DNA of 64,000 bases from Euglena gracilis (Eukaryota): contig CP154954.1 of NCBI GenBank assembly GCA_039621445.1, positions 30,074,395-30,138,394 of the forward strand. Direction: 5' to 3'. The translations under genes were made by a program, and so were the position numbers. Every line of letters begins with the position of its first letter. Position 1 is the stretch's first letter. The notes beneath the pieces were generated by a model. It worked only from the letters and a program-made list of their open reading frames with translations, had not been told where the DNA came from and searched no databases. Below, piece after piece: positions 36,201 through 64,000 of the stretch.

Positions 36201-36220
36201 GCGGAGCGCCGCCTCCGGAA
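19169..36220 (-). CDS. POLL: X-family DNA polymerase, lambda-like, with N-terminal BRCT domain (at least 14 exons; 5' end not defined)
   Basis: Exons: BRCT (about 36210-36074, 35995-35870, 32506-32330 VTPEWV); NQFVIEELTKLQQIYSDTGDHWR (about 28900-28679); KYAYGKAI (28230-28149); GIGPKIAAKV; IWGVGP; GLAYFEELQCRIPRAEV; CGSYRRGASTSGDVDILI (about 26762-26653); YMGVC; HRRLDLKVY...FTGSDYFNRSMRLYC; HKLGLSLSDKAL; TEQEIFAAL; LEYKEPWERSV* (19206-19169). Confidence 0.93.
24497..24931. mobile_element. MITE-like foldback element with ~120-bp imperfect TIRs
   Basis: 24497-24620 is the approximate reverse complement of 24808-24931. No TSD is evident. Confidence 0.75.
28318..28620. repeat. CA-rich microsatellite (similar tracts at 30150-30280, 36650-36830, 38550-38860 and 57633-57875)
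   Basis: (CA)n, (CACC)n, (CACG)n and (GA)n runs. Confidence 0.95.
32640..34400 (+). repeat. Dispersed ~1.8-kb intronic repeat, copy A
   Basis: Colinear, diverged similarity to about 55200-57170 (for example aaacatcaaaataaac and aaaatgaggcacagt). Confidence 0.75.
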
Positions 36221-36476
36221 CGGTAAGAAAATGGGGGCACAGAGGAAAGGGTTGTGTCGAAAGATTTGGAGCTCTTGTTTCTGCAGACAATCCCCGTCCT
36301 CCCAATTCCCCACAAGACCGACATGTGCATTCCTTTTACTGTATGAACAAATGGCTTTAAATATCCTTGGGCGCAAAGAACAGCCGCAGAGCTTTTTGAT
36401 GCTTGCCAAAATGTGCTGCCATCAACTTGAATGGAAATACACCATCTGACAGGTTGTTCTGTGACAGTACTTTTTT

Positions 36477-36681
36477 TCACCCCTCATCATCCCATGCGTT
36501 GGGGAGGGGGCTTTCCCCCTCCATAGAGCGCTGACCCTCCTGTTTCGTTGGGCTCAGCAGCTCCCCGGGTCGCCAGCAGTTGGGGAGCGCAGCAGGAAGT
36601 GACAGACGGACTGGACACTGCAGAAATGCCAAAAACAGTAAAATGCAGGACACACGCACACACACGCACACACACGCACAC

Positions 36682-36729
<48 letters not shown>

Positions 36730-36771
36730 AGCACACCTCACACACACACACGCACACACACACACACACAA

Positions 36772-36804
<33 letters not shown>

Positions 36805-38690
36805 CGCGCGCGCACACACAGAGAGACGCATGCACGCACCCCCCACACCACCCACTCATCCATCCAACCCCCACCCACCGGGGGGGGGGGGGTAATGCAA
36901 CATGGACCCTCGAAAAAGCACCGCAAAACGCAAAAAACAACACATTTTGCCTTCAACAGCTCCCCCATATCCCCCTAGAATTTTTTCACCTCCTCGGGGG
37001 ATCTTCTTCATTATGCAACTATATTTTGACTCATTTTTTTTGATCAGATGGAGAATACTGATTCTAAAAACTTGTTGGTCAAAAAATTACAAGTGACAAA
37101 AAGTTGTGCAAAGAGTGAATCCCAAAAAAGACAAAAAAGGCCAAAACATATTTTTTTTTTAAAATCAAAAATAATCCTCCACCCCAAAAAATGCAACATG
37201 GATCCTCGACGCGACGGAATTTTTTTTTGCAAAACAGTTATGTGTTTTGTGTTTAAAAACAAACACAAAACAGAAATAAACACAAATTATTGCAAAAAAA
37301 AACACGCAAGTTGCATGAAAATTCCCTCAAGAGCTCCCCCAGGATGTGCACCTTCTGCTGGAGAGGACAAAAATATTTTACCTTCCTCGAAGAATTTTTT
37401 TCATTCTGCACATTACCTGATAATAACAATGCAGCATGTTGCATATTTCAGACAATCTTTCGAATTTTCCCCACCAAACACAGAAGCAACAAAAAAAAAC
37501 AGTGAAAATGAATTTTATTGCATAAAAATGCAAATTAAGCAAATTTTCAAGAATTTGGTTCTTGTTTATGTGTATTATTTTGGCTAAAAATTTGTTCCCC
37601 CCCCCCCCCCCCCCCTTGTCGTACGACCGGGTTCCTGCAACCTGTGACCAGGGGGGATGGTCGTAACACCCCCATAACCTGCAACCTGTGACTGGGGGGT
37701 GGTCATAAATGCGGGGGCGGTCGTAGGTTAAAGTGGTGTTAAATTTTTCGCAACCTGCAACATGTGACCGGGGGGTGGTCATAACACCCCCATGACCTGC
37801 AACCTGTGACCGGGGGTCGTAAATGAGGGGTGGTCGTACGACAAGGGGGGGGCGGGTAAGATGCTGATTCAATAAATATACACATTCTTTGGCCAAAAAA
37901 TCCAAAACGACAATAAATCCACAAAAATTTTGGTCTCTGGGGAAAACGAGGTCCAAAAAAAAAGCAGAAGAGAAGCAGCAGAATAATAGCAGAAGGTTGT
38001 TTTCCCGTCCAAACAAATTCCCAGCAGAAATCAAAACATCATCGGGAAAGAAACCCGCAAAAACCCCCGCAAAATAAGCCACCCCAAAAAAGCTCTCCCT
38101 CCACTGTCCCCCCCCCCCCTGCGCCTACCTGTCAACCAGTTAAGAATCCTCCGACAGGTCCAGCTCAGAAGTTAGAAAATTTGGGCTGGTTGGAAAAAGG
38201 CTGCTGGCTGACCACCCCCTCTGCCCATAGGGGTCCCATGGCTGGAACTTGGCCTGAGCTGGGGTCAAATTGGTACCAAAATATCAAAACTTCAAAAATA
38301 CCCCAAAACTGCCAATTATGCAAAAATCGATTTTTGACCAAAGAATGCTCTGGCCAGAACGTTCTTGGTCCATCTTTAAAAGCGAAAATTGGACCGCCAT
38401 CCAATCTGAGGGCTGCTGCAAAATAATTAAAACTCCAGGATGAAGGGGGGGTCTGGGGATGGAAAAAAAAGGTGGCTTGCTGGACTCCCCCAGGGGGATG
38501 GGGTCCACTTCTGCTTACATGGCGTCCTGCCACCCAGCCATCATCCACACACAACGCACACAATGCGCACACAACACACACACACACACACACACACATA
38601 CACACACTCTCACTCACTCACACACACACACACACACATAGACACACAACGCACACAACACACACACACGCGCGACTCACTCATTTGCAT

Positions 38691-38729
<39 letters not shown>

Positions 38730-38746
38730 TAACACACGCACACACA

Positions 38747-38802
<56 letters not shown>

Positions 38803-38811
38803 CACACACAC

Positions 38812-38849
<38 letters not shown>

Positions 38850-41800
38850 CACACACACACACCTCGATCGACAGGGGCAAAAGTTGTTGGTGGGGAGCCG
38901 GGGACCTCAACCGCCTCGACCTTCGTCACCCCAGGGTCCTGATCCTCCTCGGCGATGGACAAGGAGAGGGTGGAGACGTCCCTCGGGTCCTCAGTGCCCC
39001 GGGCCTGCCGAGCGTACCGTGGCTTCCGGACCCCGCCAGCCGCCCCACCAACCGCCCACCCCCGGCAACAGGCAACTGCTGCCAGCGAGGAACCCCGGGG
39101 AGGAACCCTGACGAGACCCCACCGGCCATTCCGGCTGGCTTCTCCGGCCATTCCGCCTTGGCCGCGGGATTCCGCAGTCTTGTCAAATTACAATTTCCAG
39201 AAACTTGGTTCTATATCCAGGTTCCCCGTGACAGCGCTCTTCCCAAGTGCTGCCCGCAAGGTGGTGGCCGCAGCGGTGGTGTGGGCCGCCAGGCTTGGTT
39301 GGGTGGGATGGAGATGAGCAACTCGGTGCTCCCAACAGGGGTCCCGGTGAGGAAAAAAATCACGGGAAAACGTGTTGAAGGCCATGCTCGCTGAGACACA
39401 TCACTGACCCGTTGCGGACCCGGTGACTGGCCCGCCGGGAGCAGCACCGCCCACCTGTCAGGTGGCCTGCTTCCGGCCAGACCCCCACACCCCCGCCCAA
39501 GACGACGTGTGACGTGTATCGCCCACCTTTCGCGAAGGCAGTTGTGGCCCCCTGGGGAACGTCTTTCTTCCCCACACTGTGGGTCAAGGCCACACCTCTT
39601 GCCCATCCACCGTCGGGCCGCCACCGGACTTCACTTCTTCAGTGGGAGGCGCAGGCGGAAATGTGTATCAAGAGGGAACACCCCCCATACCATGCAAGCA
39701 CCTCAAAGCCCCATGTGCCTGGCTGCGGCTGACTTCGAAAGCTGATGCGGCGTGACCAAATCAAAATCCGCCCCCCTCCCAGTTGGCTATAGGCTCCCAA
39801 ATCTGGCTTGAAAAATGCAGCGTTGACATTGGGGGCTTGCATTGGAGAGTGGAACTGAGCCCCACAGGTGTGCAACACCACACAGACTCCCGGCCGCCAC
39901 GCTGGCCTGTGGGGTTGCCCCCTCCGCCTCGTCCTCCATCAGCGTCGCCAGCTGAGCCAAAAAAAGCTCCCGGTCTGTGGGGCCCATCCCCAGGGTTCAG
40001 TCGAAAACCACTTTCAGGCGCAAAAAAATGAAGAAAATTCTGATATTTTGGCATTTTTGAAACCCAACATGTGGAACGTCAAATTATACCCATTTACACA
40101 TGGCTCCACCACGGAAAGAAAATTTTGGTGTTTTTGGGATTCTTGAAAAATGATTTTGAGGCCTGGGTTGGCCAAGAAAAAAAACAAGACACCCTTGGAG
40201 GTTTCCAGCAATGGACCCAAAAACACCACCTGGGTCTTTTTTGGGGATCAGGGTCAGGTGGTGGCCCAACTCACCCTGGGTCAAAAGGCGGCCAACTCGA
40301 ACCCTGCCCATCACCCAACCGGCCCCCGCCCCAACCCGCTCCGGCATCGCCCTGTCGGCCGGCACTCCACCAGCGTGTGTTGGGGGTCTTCAGATGGCCG
40401 GCCGAGGGGAGGAGGGCCACCTCCCCGCCAAAGGCAGGGTCATATGTTTTGGGGTGTGGGAGAGGCTGGCGGGGGGAAAAAAGGGATAAAAGACGTCTGG
40501 ATGGGGGGGGGGCTGGAACGGTTGCGAGAGGTAACGTATATCGAGAAAAATCTATATTCAATTCGTTGTGTTTGTTTTCAATGCTGTGTAACTGCCTAGC
40601 GCTGCTGCCACAACTATCATTCACATTCATTTTGATGCAAGGATGACAGCTGCTGACAATCACAAATTCCCAGACATATCCATTTTTTCTCTTCATCCAC
40701 TGCCATGGGATAAAAATGCTTCCTGGGGGTAACAAAAATATGCAGCCCCAACCCCCCCCCTCCCCGGGGTGGGGCCCACTTGTATGTCGCACTCAGGCGT
40801 GCCGTTTTTACCACCGCTTCGGGTAAGATCAAGGGTAATTTAGGAGTTGGGGTTGGGTTAGGACTGCATTTCCGTTTCGGGCCGAAATGTAAGCCGCTTT
40901 TTCGGTCTAAGTTTAGCCTAAATTTAGGCCTGATTTAGGCCTATTCCTAACATAACTGTACTCCAACCAGACCTCCTACCACAAGCAGGCCCCATTTTTG
41001 TGCAAATTTTGCCTGATTTCTATCCCCCAAATCCCCATTGAGACAAAACTGCACCATGGGTTCTTATGGTGTTCAACATGCAATCAACACATTTTTGTGC
41101 TAAAAAAATGCCCCAAAATTACAAAAATACCGCCAAATAATACACCCTGAAAATAATACCCCCCCCCCCGGTGTTTGGTCAGCAATCCAACCCCAAAGAT
41201 TTCGGCTGACCAAATAATATTTGCGGGGGAATGTCTTTTGGGGGGTTATAGCATGTGTTTTGCTTCTGTCTGCGTTGGTTTTTTCTTTGAAAAGAAAAAA
41301 AAGAAAATTGGCCCTAAGAAGCAGCCTGGTGCAGTGGTGGTACGGTGGGGAGGGGACTCTCCACCGTTACGGCGCAGCGCCCAGAAAAAATCATTCAGCG
41401 AGGGCGCTGAAGAAAGGGTTTGACCCTAGAATTGGTGCACTTGGGAAAGACCCAAGAATGTGGACATCGAGCATGTTCATTGAGTGACAAAGAGTTGAGC
41501 AATAGATCAGGCCGCCAGGCCGCCAGCCGGCCCGGGCCGGGCCTTGGCGGTTGTCTGGCACCATCAGGCAGGTACCATGCCACCCCCCGAGCTGTCCCCC
41601 CCCCGAGCTATTCCCATAGGGGGGACGGGAATAGCTCACTATCATAGCACTTTTTATAAAGAACTTCCCCAAAAAAGTGGTCAAAAACAACATTTTTGGA
41701 CCATTTTCAAAAATAACTTTTTGGCAAATGTGCTCAAAATTGACCATTTTTGGCCAACATCCAAAAAAGTTGCCAAAAATGACCCCTTTTGGGTTGCCCG

Positions 41801-44800
41801 AGGGTCGGGTATGGGAACAGCTCGGGGGGGGGGGGGACCTAGGTCCCCCCCCCCCCGAGCTGTTCCCCCCAGACATTCATTTAGTGTGGTTCACAAAAGA
41901 CGTGTGAACCACAAAATTTATTTTGGTGTCCACAAATGAACCACAAAAAATTTTTTGGTGTCCACATATGAACCACAAAAAGTTTTTTGGTGTCCACAGG
42001 TGAACCACAAAAAATTTTTTGGTGTCCACAAAAAATTTTGTTGCCCACAAAACTTGATTGAGGATCGAAAAAAAATCGAGTTTTACAACGAAAAGTGGAT
42101 TGATCTTAAGACACCTCAGCCAAATTGTGGACCTTTGCTCCGGCTCAATCCGTAAAGCAGGGATCCTCACACGTCCGTGCTAGCCGAGGCCAAAATGTAT
42201 CCGTGATTTTCCGTGATTTTCCGTGAATTTCCGTGATTTTCCGTGAATTTCCTGTTTCTGGAAAAGGTCAAAAGCCACGTTGCATTCTGCACCAGAGCCA
42301 TATCTGGGCAGTTGTGGCAGCAGATTGTTTCTCCATGTTGTAATCCGGGAGATCCTCCAGGGCCTCGACAGCAGTTGAAGCCAATTCCGAGTGCTCATCC
42401 CCCAAGTTTGGCTCTTTGCAATCCAACTGAACGCATGCGACACCCCACTTATAAACCCCCCCATCTATAACCCCCCCCCCTCGGGCCGACCAACCAAACC
42501 GGGACCTGTAACCCCCTCCGCCTGGGGAAGAAATGGAAAACTGCCGGACGATTTAAGTGGGGGGGTTTACAACGTAGATCTTCCCTTGCACACCCACCAA
42601 AATGTTTATGATCGCATGCCCAGAACTGTCAGTCCCCAACCTTTTGTCCTTGAATTTTTTTCTTGATTGCCCCTAAATGGGTTGCCAAAACCCTGTCAGC
42701 AGACCAATATAGCAATTGACCCTTCTAGATGCAGCCTGGGCAGAAAGGTGGAAGGTCATTTTCTGAATAACGCCCTCAATTGGTGTGTACTTCTGGAGAA
42801 CACCTCTGATGCTTTCATAATGCAATTTTGTGACCGGGAGACAAGAATGGAGGAAAGCGGCCACAAAATCATCTGTGATTGTCTGAATGAGGTTTTGCTT
42901 GCGTGATTGTCTGTTTGGAAAGGCAGAGAATGTGCAAAACATCCCATCAAAATGCATCTGCACAAACAAAGCACATTCAAAAAAGACCCAATTTTTTTTC
43001 CGAACCCTCCGCCTCATCCGTGAATTTCCGTGAATTTCCATGATTTCCGTGAAAATGGCCTTCCATCCATTTCCGTGATCCTCTGTGAATTTCCGTGAAT
43101 TTCCTTTTCAGGACGTGTGAGGATCCCTGCGTAAAGTGTGGCGGCGAATCACACCCCCAGGCTTGTATGGGAATCTCGGAGGAGGGGAGGGTGGGGGGAC
43201 CCCCTTCAACCTCCAGTCGCCGAATCTTCTCAGTTTACGGGTAAAAAAAGTCAAAAAACTCGAACAAAAGGGGTGTGCAGGTATGGGAGGGGGTCGCTGA
43301 CCTCTTAACCTTTCAAAATTTACTGTAAGTAACCGTAAATTGCAGGTGTGTAATTTGAAAATCATAATTTATGCGAAATTTGCAATCCTAGTACCAGGTT
43401 TGAACAGTGTTGAGATCTTGGACTTGCACGTAATGGACGGCCGAAAAGACCCCCACCCCCCTAGTTTCGGAAGGGGGGGCCGCTGCTCTGCGGGGCAAAA
43501 AAAATCTTCCGGCGCTTCGCACCGGGTGTGTATTTTAGGACCCTCTTGAGGCTCAATATAAAAATTTGCACCCAAATGCATGGGTTCCGGGCTAAAAACG
43601 GGGGGGGGGCAGGGGGTCGGAAAACGCTCATTTTCGGCTCAAAAACAGTTCTTCCGGGTCCGAGAAACATCGTTTCGGGCAAAAAAAAATGTTTTCGATT
43701 TTTTTTCGAATTTTTTCGACCTTTTCAACCCAAAAATGGCATAAAGCGGCTAAATCAAAACAGGCCAAAACTGTACAAAATGGCCCAAATTGGCCGAAAA
43801 ATGGCCGTAACTTGGGCTGGGCGGGGAGTGGCGGGGAAATCAAAATACCCTTAGATAGGGCTTCAAAGTGCTTCAATTCAGGTCTCCGGACCTTTCCTTT
43901 GACTCCCACCATTTTCGAGAAATTTTAGAAAACTCAATTTTTTGACCCAAATGTTTGGTGTCCACATATGAACCGCAAAAATTTTTTTGGTGTCCACAGG
44001 TGAACCACAAAAAAAAATTTTTTTTGGTGTCCATACGTGAACCACAAAATGACAACCTTGGTGTACCACACTAAATGAATGTCTGGTTCCCCCCCCCCAT
44101 ACTGTTCCCATTGGGCCGTAAAGGGTCCCGGGGACGGGAATAGCTCGGGGGGGGGGCAGGGTAAACAGCTCAGCACCGCACAAAAACTGTTTACCGGGGC
44201 ATTTTTTTTTGCATTTTTGCCGATTCTGCGTTTGCGTTAAAAAAGGTATTTTTGCTCATCACCACAAATTGCCCCTTTTCACCTTTTTTGGATCCTCCTG
44301 TGGGGAGGCTTCTTTCAGCTGAATTTTCCAGCAAAAAAAAAATCCAAAAAACCCTCCCAAATAAAACCTTCCTTGGCATTCTTAGCAATGGACCCAAAAA
44401 AAGAGACTGGGGTTTTTTGGGGGGGGGGTCAGGCTGACAGGTCTCATTTCTTTCCCCAAGCCCAGCAAGCGGACCATGCACTGGTCGGTGGGTGCCGGGT
44501 TGATGGACGTGCAGTGGCGCCTGCCAGCGACCGGCTGTGCGGTGGGCGGCGCGGAGGCCGCTGCGGACCCGCGCGGTCCGTCAAGAGTGGCCCCACCGGA
44601 ACGCGAGAGAGTGCCCGCGATCGCCCCCAGTGGTGGCGGCAATGGCGCGTCGTTGTGGGGGTGGCGGCACCGGCCGGGGTCAGGTGGCGGCCGGCGGCCG
44701 GGCAGCGTCCCAGGGGCCTGCGGCATACGTTTACTCGGTGCGCCCTGAGCGCCGATGCGTTGTGAGGTTCCTTCAGCTGCGGCGCGTGTGGGTAATACCC

Positions 44801-44950
44801 AATAATTTCACTGCGGTGCATGCCCAGTATGCGGTGCTGAATTACAGAAGCTCTCACCAGGGCATTGCCAAATACAACGATGCTTCCAGGCTTCTTTTTA
44901 GTGCCTTGTGTGTGGGTGCCCTGTGCTGTAGGCTGCCTGCTCGCAGAAGA
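36477..44950 (-). CDS. Unidentified multi-exon gene (exon-like GC-rich islands)
   Basis: Islands near 44950-44480, 40430-40350, 39990-39880, 39720-39500, 39340-39190, 38990-38863, 38258-38129 and 36620-36480, some with GT/AG borders. No recognisable domain and frames unresolved. Confidence 0.35.
37596..37858. mobile_element. MITE family copy 1 (cctgcaacctgtgaccgggggg internal repeats)
   Basis: TIR ccccccttgtcgtacgac; colinear with 52604-52871. Confidence 0.8.
41870..44085. mobile_element. hAT-like MITE with CAG...CTG ends and 8-bp TSD, carrying nested elements
   Basis: TIR cagacattcatttagtgtggt; TSD gttccccc at 41862-41869 and 44086-44093; subterminal tttggtgtccac repeats. Confidence 0.85.
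42158..43129. mobile_element. Non-autonomous TIR element (19-bp TIR, 7-bp TSD)
   Basis: cagggatcctcacacgtcc/ggacgtgtgaggatccctg; cgtaaag on both sides; ttccgtga subterminal repeats. Confidence 0.88.
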
Positions 44951-45253
44951 AACACTCCCACTGGGGGGGGGCAATCTTGCCTTGAGAAACGTCATTTTTT
45001 GGGTCTCCAGCGCCACCGGGGTGTGTGCTTTAATACTGTCCACCCCCAAAACCCGACCCATCCACCCGCAGGGGTACGACCATCCAAAAGGAGCCTGGGT
45101 GCTGCTGCGGTGCACCCCGCGTACAAAACAGAATCAATGCAGTGCACGGGGTTACAAAAAATCGCGGGGGATCGTTCTACAGCACACAAAGCACACTTTT
45201 TTTTTCGCGTGGCACACTAACTAAAAGTATGGTCGGCAGTGGCCCAGCCCGTC

Positions 45254-46940
45254 TCACGGCCCACCCCCCTCGGCGAGGGCAGGGTCAGGGCGGTACAGGA
45301 GGGGCATGTAGTTCATCAGTGCCGCGAGGCCCCGGCTGGGGGGGGGGGAGGGGGAGGGGGTGACATATGGCCAGGTGGGGGTGGGGGGGGGGTGGGTGGG
45401 GGCGGTCTGGACCCCGGTCAGGGAGGGGGTGCCCCCCCCCCCAGCAGTGGCACGGCCGGAATGGCTGATTATCAGCGGCGCGAGGCGCCGGGCCAGGAAA
45501 GAAAACCCTGCCCAGGAAATAGACCGGGAATGCCATTTTGGGCGCTGTTTGGTTAAAAATATGTTCAATTGGAACCAAATTCCCAGGTACCTCCAAAGAT
45601 GGGTCCAGACACCCCTTCCCCCCAGAGCCCAGACAGCCTCCTTTTATCGAACAACCCTGGGGAGGAGAGGGGGCAGGAGTTCGCAGAGCCAGCCGCGACC
45701 TGTCAGGCCAAGCAAAGAGAAAAGGAAACACGGCGGCTGGGGCCCCCATCGACGGTGAAGATCGAGTGAGTGAATGGGTGGTGGGTGCACCTGCACTGCC
45801 GCATCCTGCGCGACTACAGTTGTCCAAAACAGCGAGTTCAGTGGGTGTTTTCTGCTTGTTTACTGCTTGAAGGAGTTGGGGATAGCCAACAAAATGAACC
45901 AAATTTCTGTGGGGAGAACTGTCATAAAACACAATCCCTAAGATTTTGTGAACGATAAAATCGTACGTAGAAAACAAACGTACTTCATCTTGAATCTACT
46001 GGTGACCGAGGCCCACAAAACCCTCTGCAAACAAACTGTCCGCAGTTTCAAAATCCATTGCAGAATTTGGCAGGTTTCAAAAAAAAAACCGCCCAGCGCT
46101 GAGGCCATTTGCCAAATGGCAATTTTGCACCGACAGAAAACGGATCCCACCTGCCTCCTCACAACCCCATTGTCCGCCACGCCCCGAGGGCCCCAGGGCG
46201 TCACCAGCTGCTTCACGTCCAGGCGGGAGTAGCGGGTGGTGGCCAGGCACGCCACGCACGTCAGCAGCCCCGTCCAGGCCAGCAGCTTGTGCCGCAGCAG
46301 CAGCCCCGCCACCGACAGCACGAGCGCGACGACGGACGCCCAGTTGGGAGGTGGCCGCTGGGGGGCCCGGGAGAGCCCTCGGGGGGGGGGGGGTGGACAG
46401 CTGGACAAATACCCCCCCAATGGTCCAAACGACAACGACCAGGTGCGGCGAAATCGCTTGAGAATAATAACCCAGACCTGGCAATGTTCGTTTTGTGGCG
46501 GCGAACGAAGCCACATCCGGAGTCATATGCTTGTTTGTGTTCATCAACCAAATTTGGTGTAACCCTCTCTTTGATACAATGCACCTCTGATGCCCCCCCC
46601 CCCCGAAAGACCCTGAGGAGGGGTCTTATTTTGGGGGATCTTATTTTTTTTGATTTTTGCTCGATTGACCCAGGGGGGGTCTTATTTTTTTGGGGGGTCT
46701 TATTTTTTGGGGGGGGGTTAATTCATCATCAAATGTGTTTTTTTTTTACGTTTATACATATGCTCGTGCTCATGGCACCGAAAGAGGACAGAGGGGAGGG
46801 TAATTACAGAATGCAAAAGACCGACAGTGGTCAGAAGGCCACCCTGTGCGGGGCAACCCAGGCAGATCCTCGGCGACAAATGTCCGCCGGGTGTACGGCA
46901 CCTCAGCCTGTGGCCGCTTCACACCGTGGTCCTCCCCCAT
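45254..46940 (-). CDS. WDR83OS: Asterix / PAT-complex subunit (UPF0139)
   Basis: Exons MGEDHGVKRPQAEVPYTRR (from 46940), NWASVVALVLSVAGLLLRHKLLAWTGLLTCVACLATTRYSRLDVKQLVT (about 46350-46198) and GLAALMNYMP...* (to 45254) follow the pattern of this small membrane protein. Confidence 0.75.
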
Positions 46941-47586
46941 GCGTGTAAGGGTGGAACTCCGGCCGGTGGGGGCCCAACAACCTGGCAAGGGCGCGGCGTT
47001 GCAGAGGAGAAGGCGTACAGTGGGGAAAAGGCGTTGTAGGGGGGGGGGGGCACTTCCGCACTGCTTGCACCGCGTGTTTCGCACTGCGTGCGGCATCGCG
47101 TAACAAGAATCAGGTACAACATAAAATGACTGAATGAGAAAAAAAACACCCGCAAAAGCCCCCATCGATTACAAATTGCAATGAAACAAAATTTGAATTT
47201 GATCATTTTTGGCTGTTTTTTGGACAAAATCATCTGGTTTTGCCACCGGACCTCAAATCTGTACCAATGGTCACTGAATGCTGGTGCACCCCCGGGGGAG
47301 AAGACAGTCGACCCTCTGCCTAGGCTCTGCCTAGCCTCAACCCTGACCCCCCCCTCTGATGATGCATGTATCCTCATTCAGATTGCTTCCCAAATTCAAC
47401 AACTTGATTGGGTTTCCCTTCAGGGAGGCTCTGGACAAAACAAGCAGATGAGCCAGTGGGTAAGGATCAAGGAACAGAGAGAAAGCGGTGACATGCAAGT
47501 TGGGGTGGGACACGGAGGGGTTCCCAGGTGTGGCGGTGACATGCGTGGGCTGTGCGGCGTCTGCAGAGGTACACTGTGGGGGAGGG

Positions 47587-62651
<15,065 letters not shown>

Positions 62652-63519
62652 CTCTGGATGAGAACCGCACATGCACTTGCCTGATTCACTTTAGCGGTGC
62701 AAAAAAAATGTGTTTAAAAAAAAGTAAATTTAATTATGCAATGCAATGTAGTGAAGAGCGGAGGCGCTTGAAATGCACACCCAGGGGATCGGTACCCAAA
62801 CGATCATTCCTGAAGCACCTCAAACACTTTCGGAATGACCAGAAACCATTGGTGGATATTGTACTATAAATACCAAAATGCCGACCTCTGGGCTGACATC
62901 CAATGGCTTCCAATCAGTCAGAATCGCCAGATTCTTCTTCTTTTGCTCTTCCCGTCGCTCATTTTTGCCACTCCCGAACTGCCAGCGATCCTTCCTTTTG
63001 TTTTTATCCATAAATTTCGAATCAGCAAAATCAAGTCGATCGTGCAATCATAGAATGCAGTGGGTTATCCGCGGTGTTGCTGATGCAAAGATGAGATGGC
63101 CACTTCTTCCCACTGCAACGCAGCAGAATCCATCTTATTGGGTTCCATCCCTCACGTTTTAGTCTGGCTCCAAAATATTTAAAATTCTCTTTTGAAAAGA
63201 GCATAAACAGGCTGAGTTTGCGGCAACCCCGTGGGGAGTGCTCTGAGGCTGAACCCCCCGTCAGGTGGGTTCGGCCACACCTCAAATTTCAGCCTGATCA
63301 TAATCACAACGAAGCCTGACGCTAGCAAAGTCTCATTGCCGGCCGGCTGGCAAAACAGTCACAAACCAGAAACCAGCGGGAGTGCATGGCATATGCTTCG
63401 CCAGGGCACCCAGTACAGTAGTAAAGTGGAGATACTCGGAGGGGTGCTGGTTAGCTGAACCACTGTTCAACGAAGACCAGTGGGGGAGGTCGAGGGGGTG
63501 GAGGGTTGCCGGGCCCGGG

Positions 63520-63625
63520 CTACGCCTTGCCCACCGACTTCTGCACGCGGGTCAGCAGGTCCTCCACCCGCACGTCCATCAGCGGCTGCCCCTTCTTCGT
63601 CCGCAGGCCGTAGCGTCGGTGCATC
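63520..63625 (-). CDS. Last exon of a TAP26/CCDC59/Fyv7-like rRNA-processing protein
   Basis: RTKKGQPLMDVRVEDLLTRVQKSVGKA* resembles the conserved C-terminal TKKGQP-x8-LL-x2-IQ motif. Confidence 0.55.
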
Positions 63626-64000
63626 CCCCACGGTGGGCTTGGCACAACCTTTGTTGTCTCATAGGCTGGGGGGGAAACAACAGGGCAATCGAGGTTGCCA
63701 TATGGCATTTTCTGGGTTGTGTGCAAATTGAACTTTTGTCAGGCCATAAAATTGAGTGTTGTTTGTTTTTCAGAATAATGTACACCTGGGGGTATAACTG
63801 TACGTGTGTAACTATACGTAACCATAACTATATACCGGGTATAACGTATGAATGACGGGGTTCATACGTATTTTTTTTGGCAAGATGGGCACACAACCAA
63901 ACCTGGAAAAGCACCTTGGAGGCCAGCTGCCAACTGCAGTGGTTCCGGCCCTCTCCCGGCCAACCAAGGCGGGGGATGGGCGGGACTTCTGCTTCCGCGC

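Overview
Eukaryotic, intron- and transposon-rich DNA. It is most likely from a euglenid, inferred from non-GT-AG introns whose ends pair from +4 to -6, often CAG/CTG, mixed with ordinary GT-AG introns. Positions 1-19.1 kb are a nest of retroelements. A decayed DIRS1-type RT copy was split by a 13.9-kb Ty3/gypsy chromodomain LTR element (4030-17920, minus strand, TSD AGGG, near-identical LTRs, RT deleted). A complete DIRS1-type tyrosine-recombinase retrotransposon (4129-8741; ITRs, ICR, RT-RNaseH, YR) then inserted into one LTR, and the other LTR keeps the empty site. A further decayed DIRS copy lies head-to-head at about 678-3826. Positions 19.2-64 kb hold five co-oriented minus-strand host genes rebuilt by eye from exons: the last exon of a TAP26/Fyv7-like gene, a phosphonopyruvate decarboxylase with a mitochondrial-type presequence, Asterix/WDR83OS, an unidentified multi-exon gene, and a BRCT-containing X-family DNA polymerase (lambda-like). 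Their introns are packed with MITE-like elements. The most striking observation is that one non-conventional intron is exactly a TIR element flanked by a perfect 8-bp target-site duplication. This offers a mechanistic explanation for the +4/-6 geometry of these introns (3+5=8). All calls come from reading the sequence; no searches were run, and exon edges marked approximate are uncertain.
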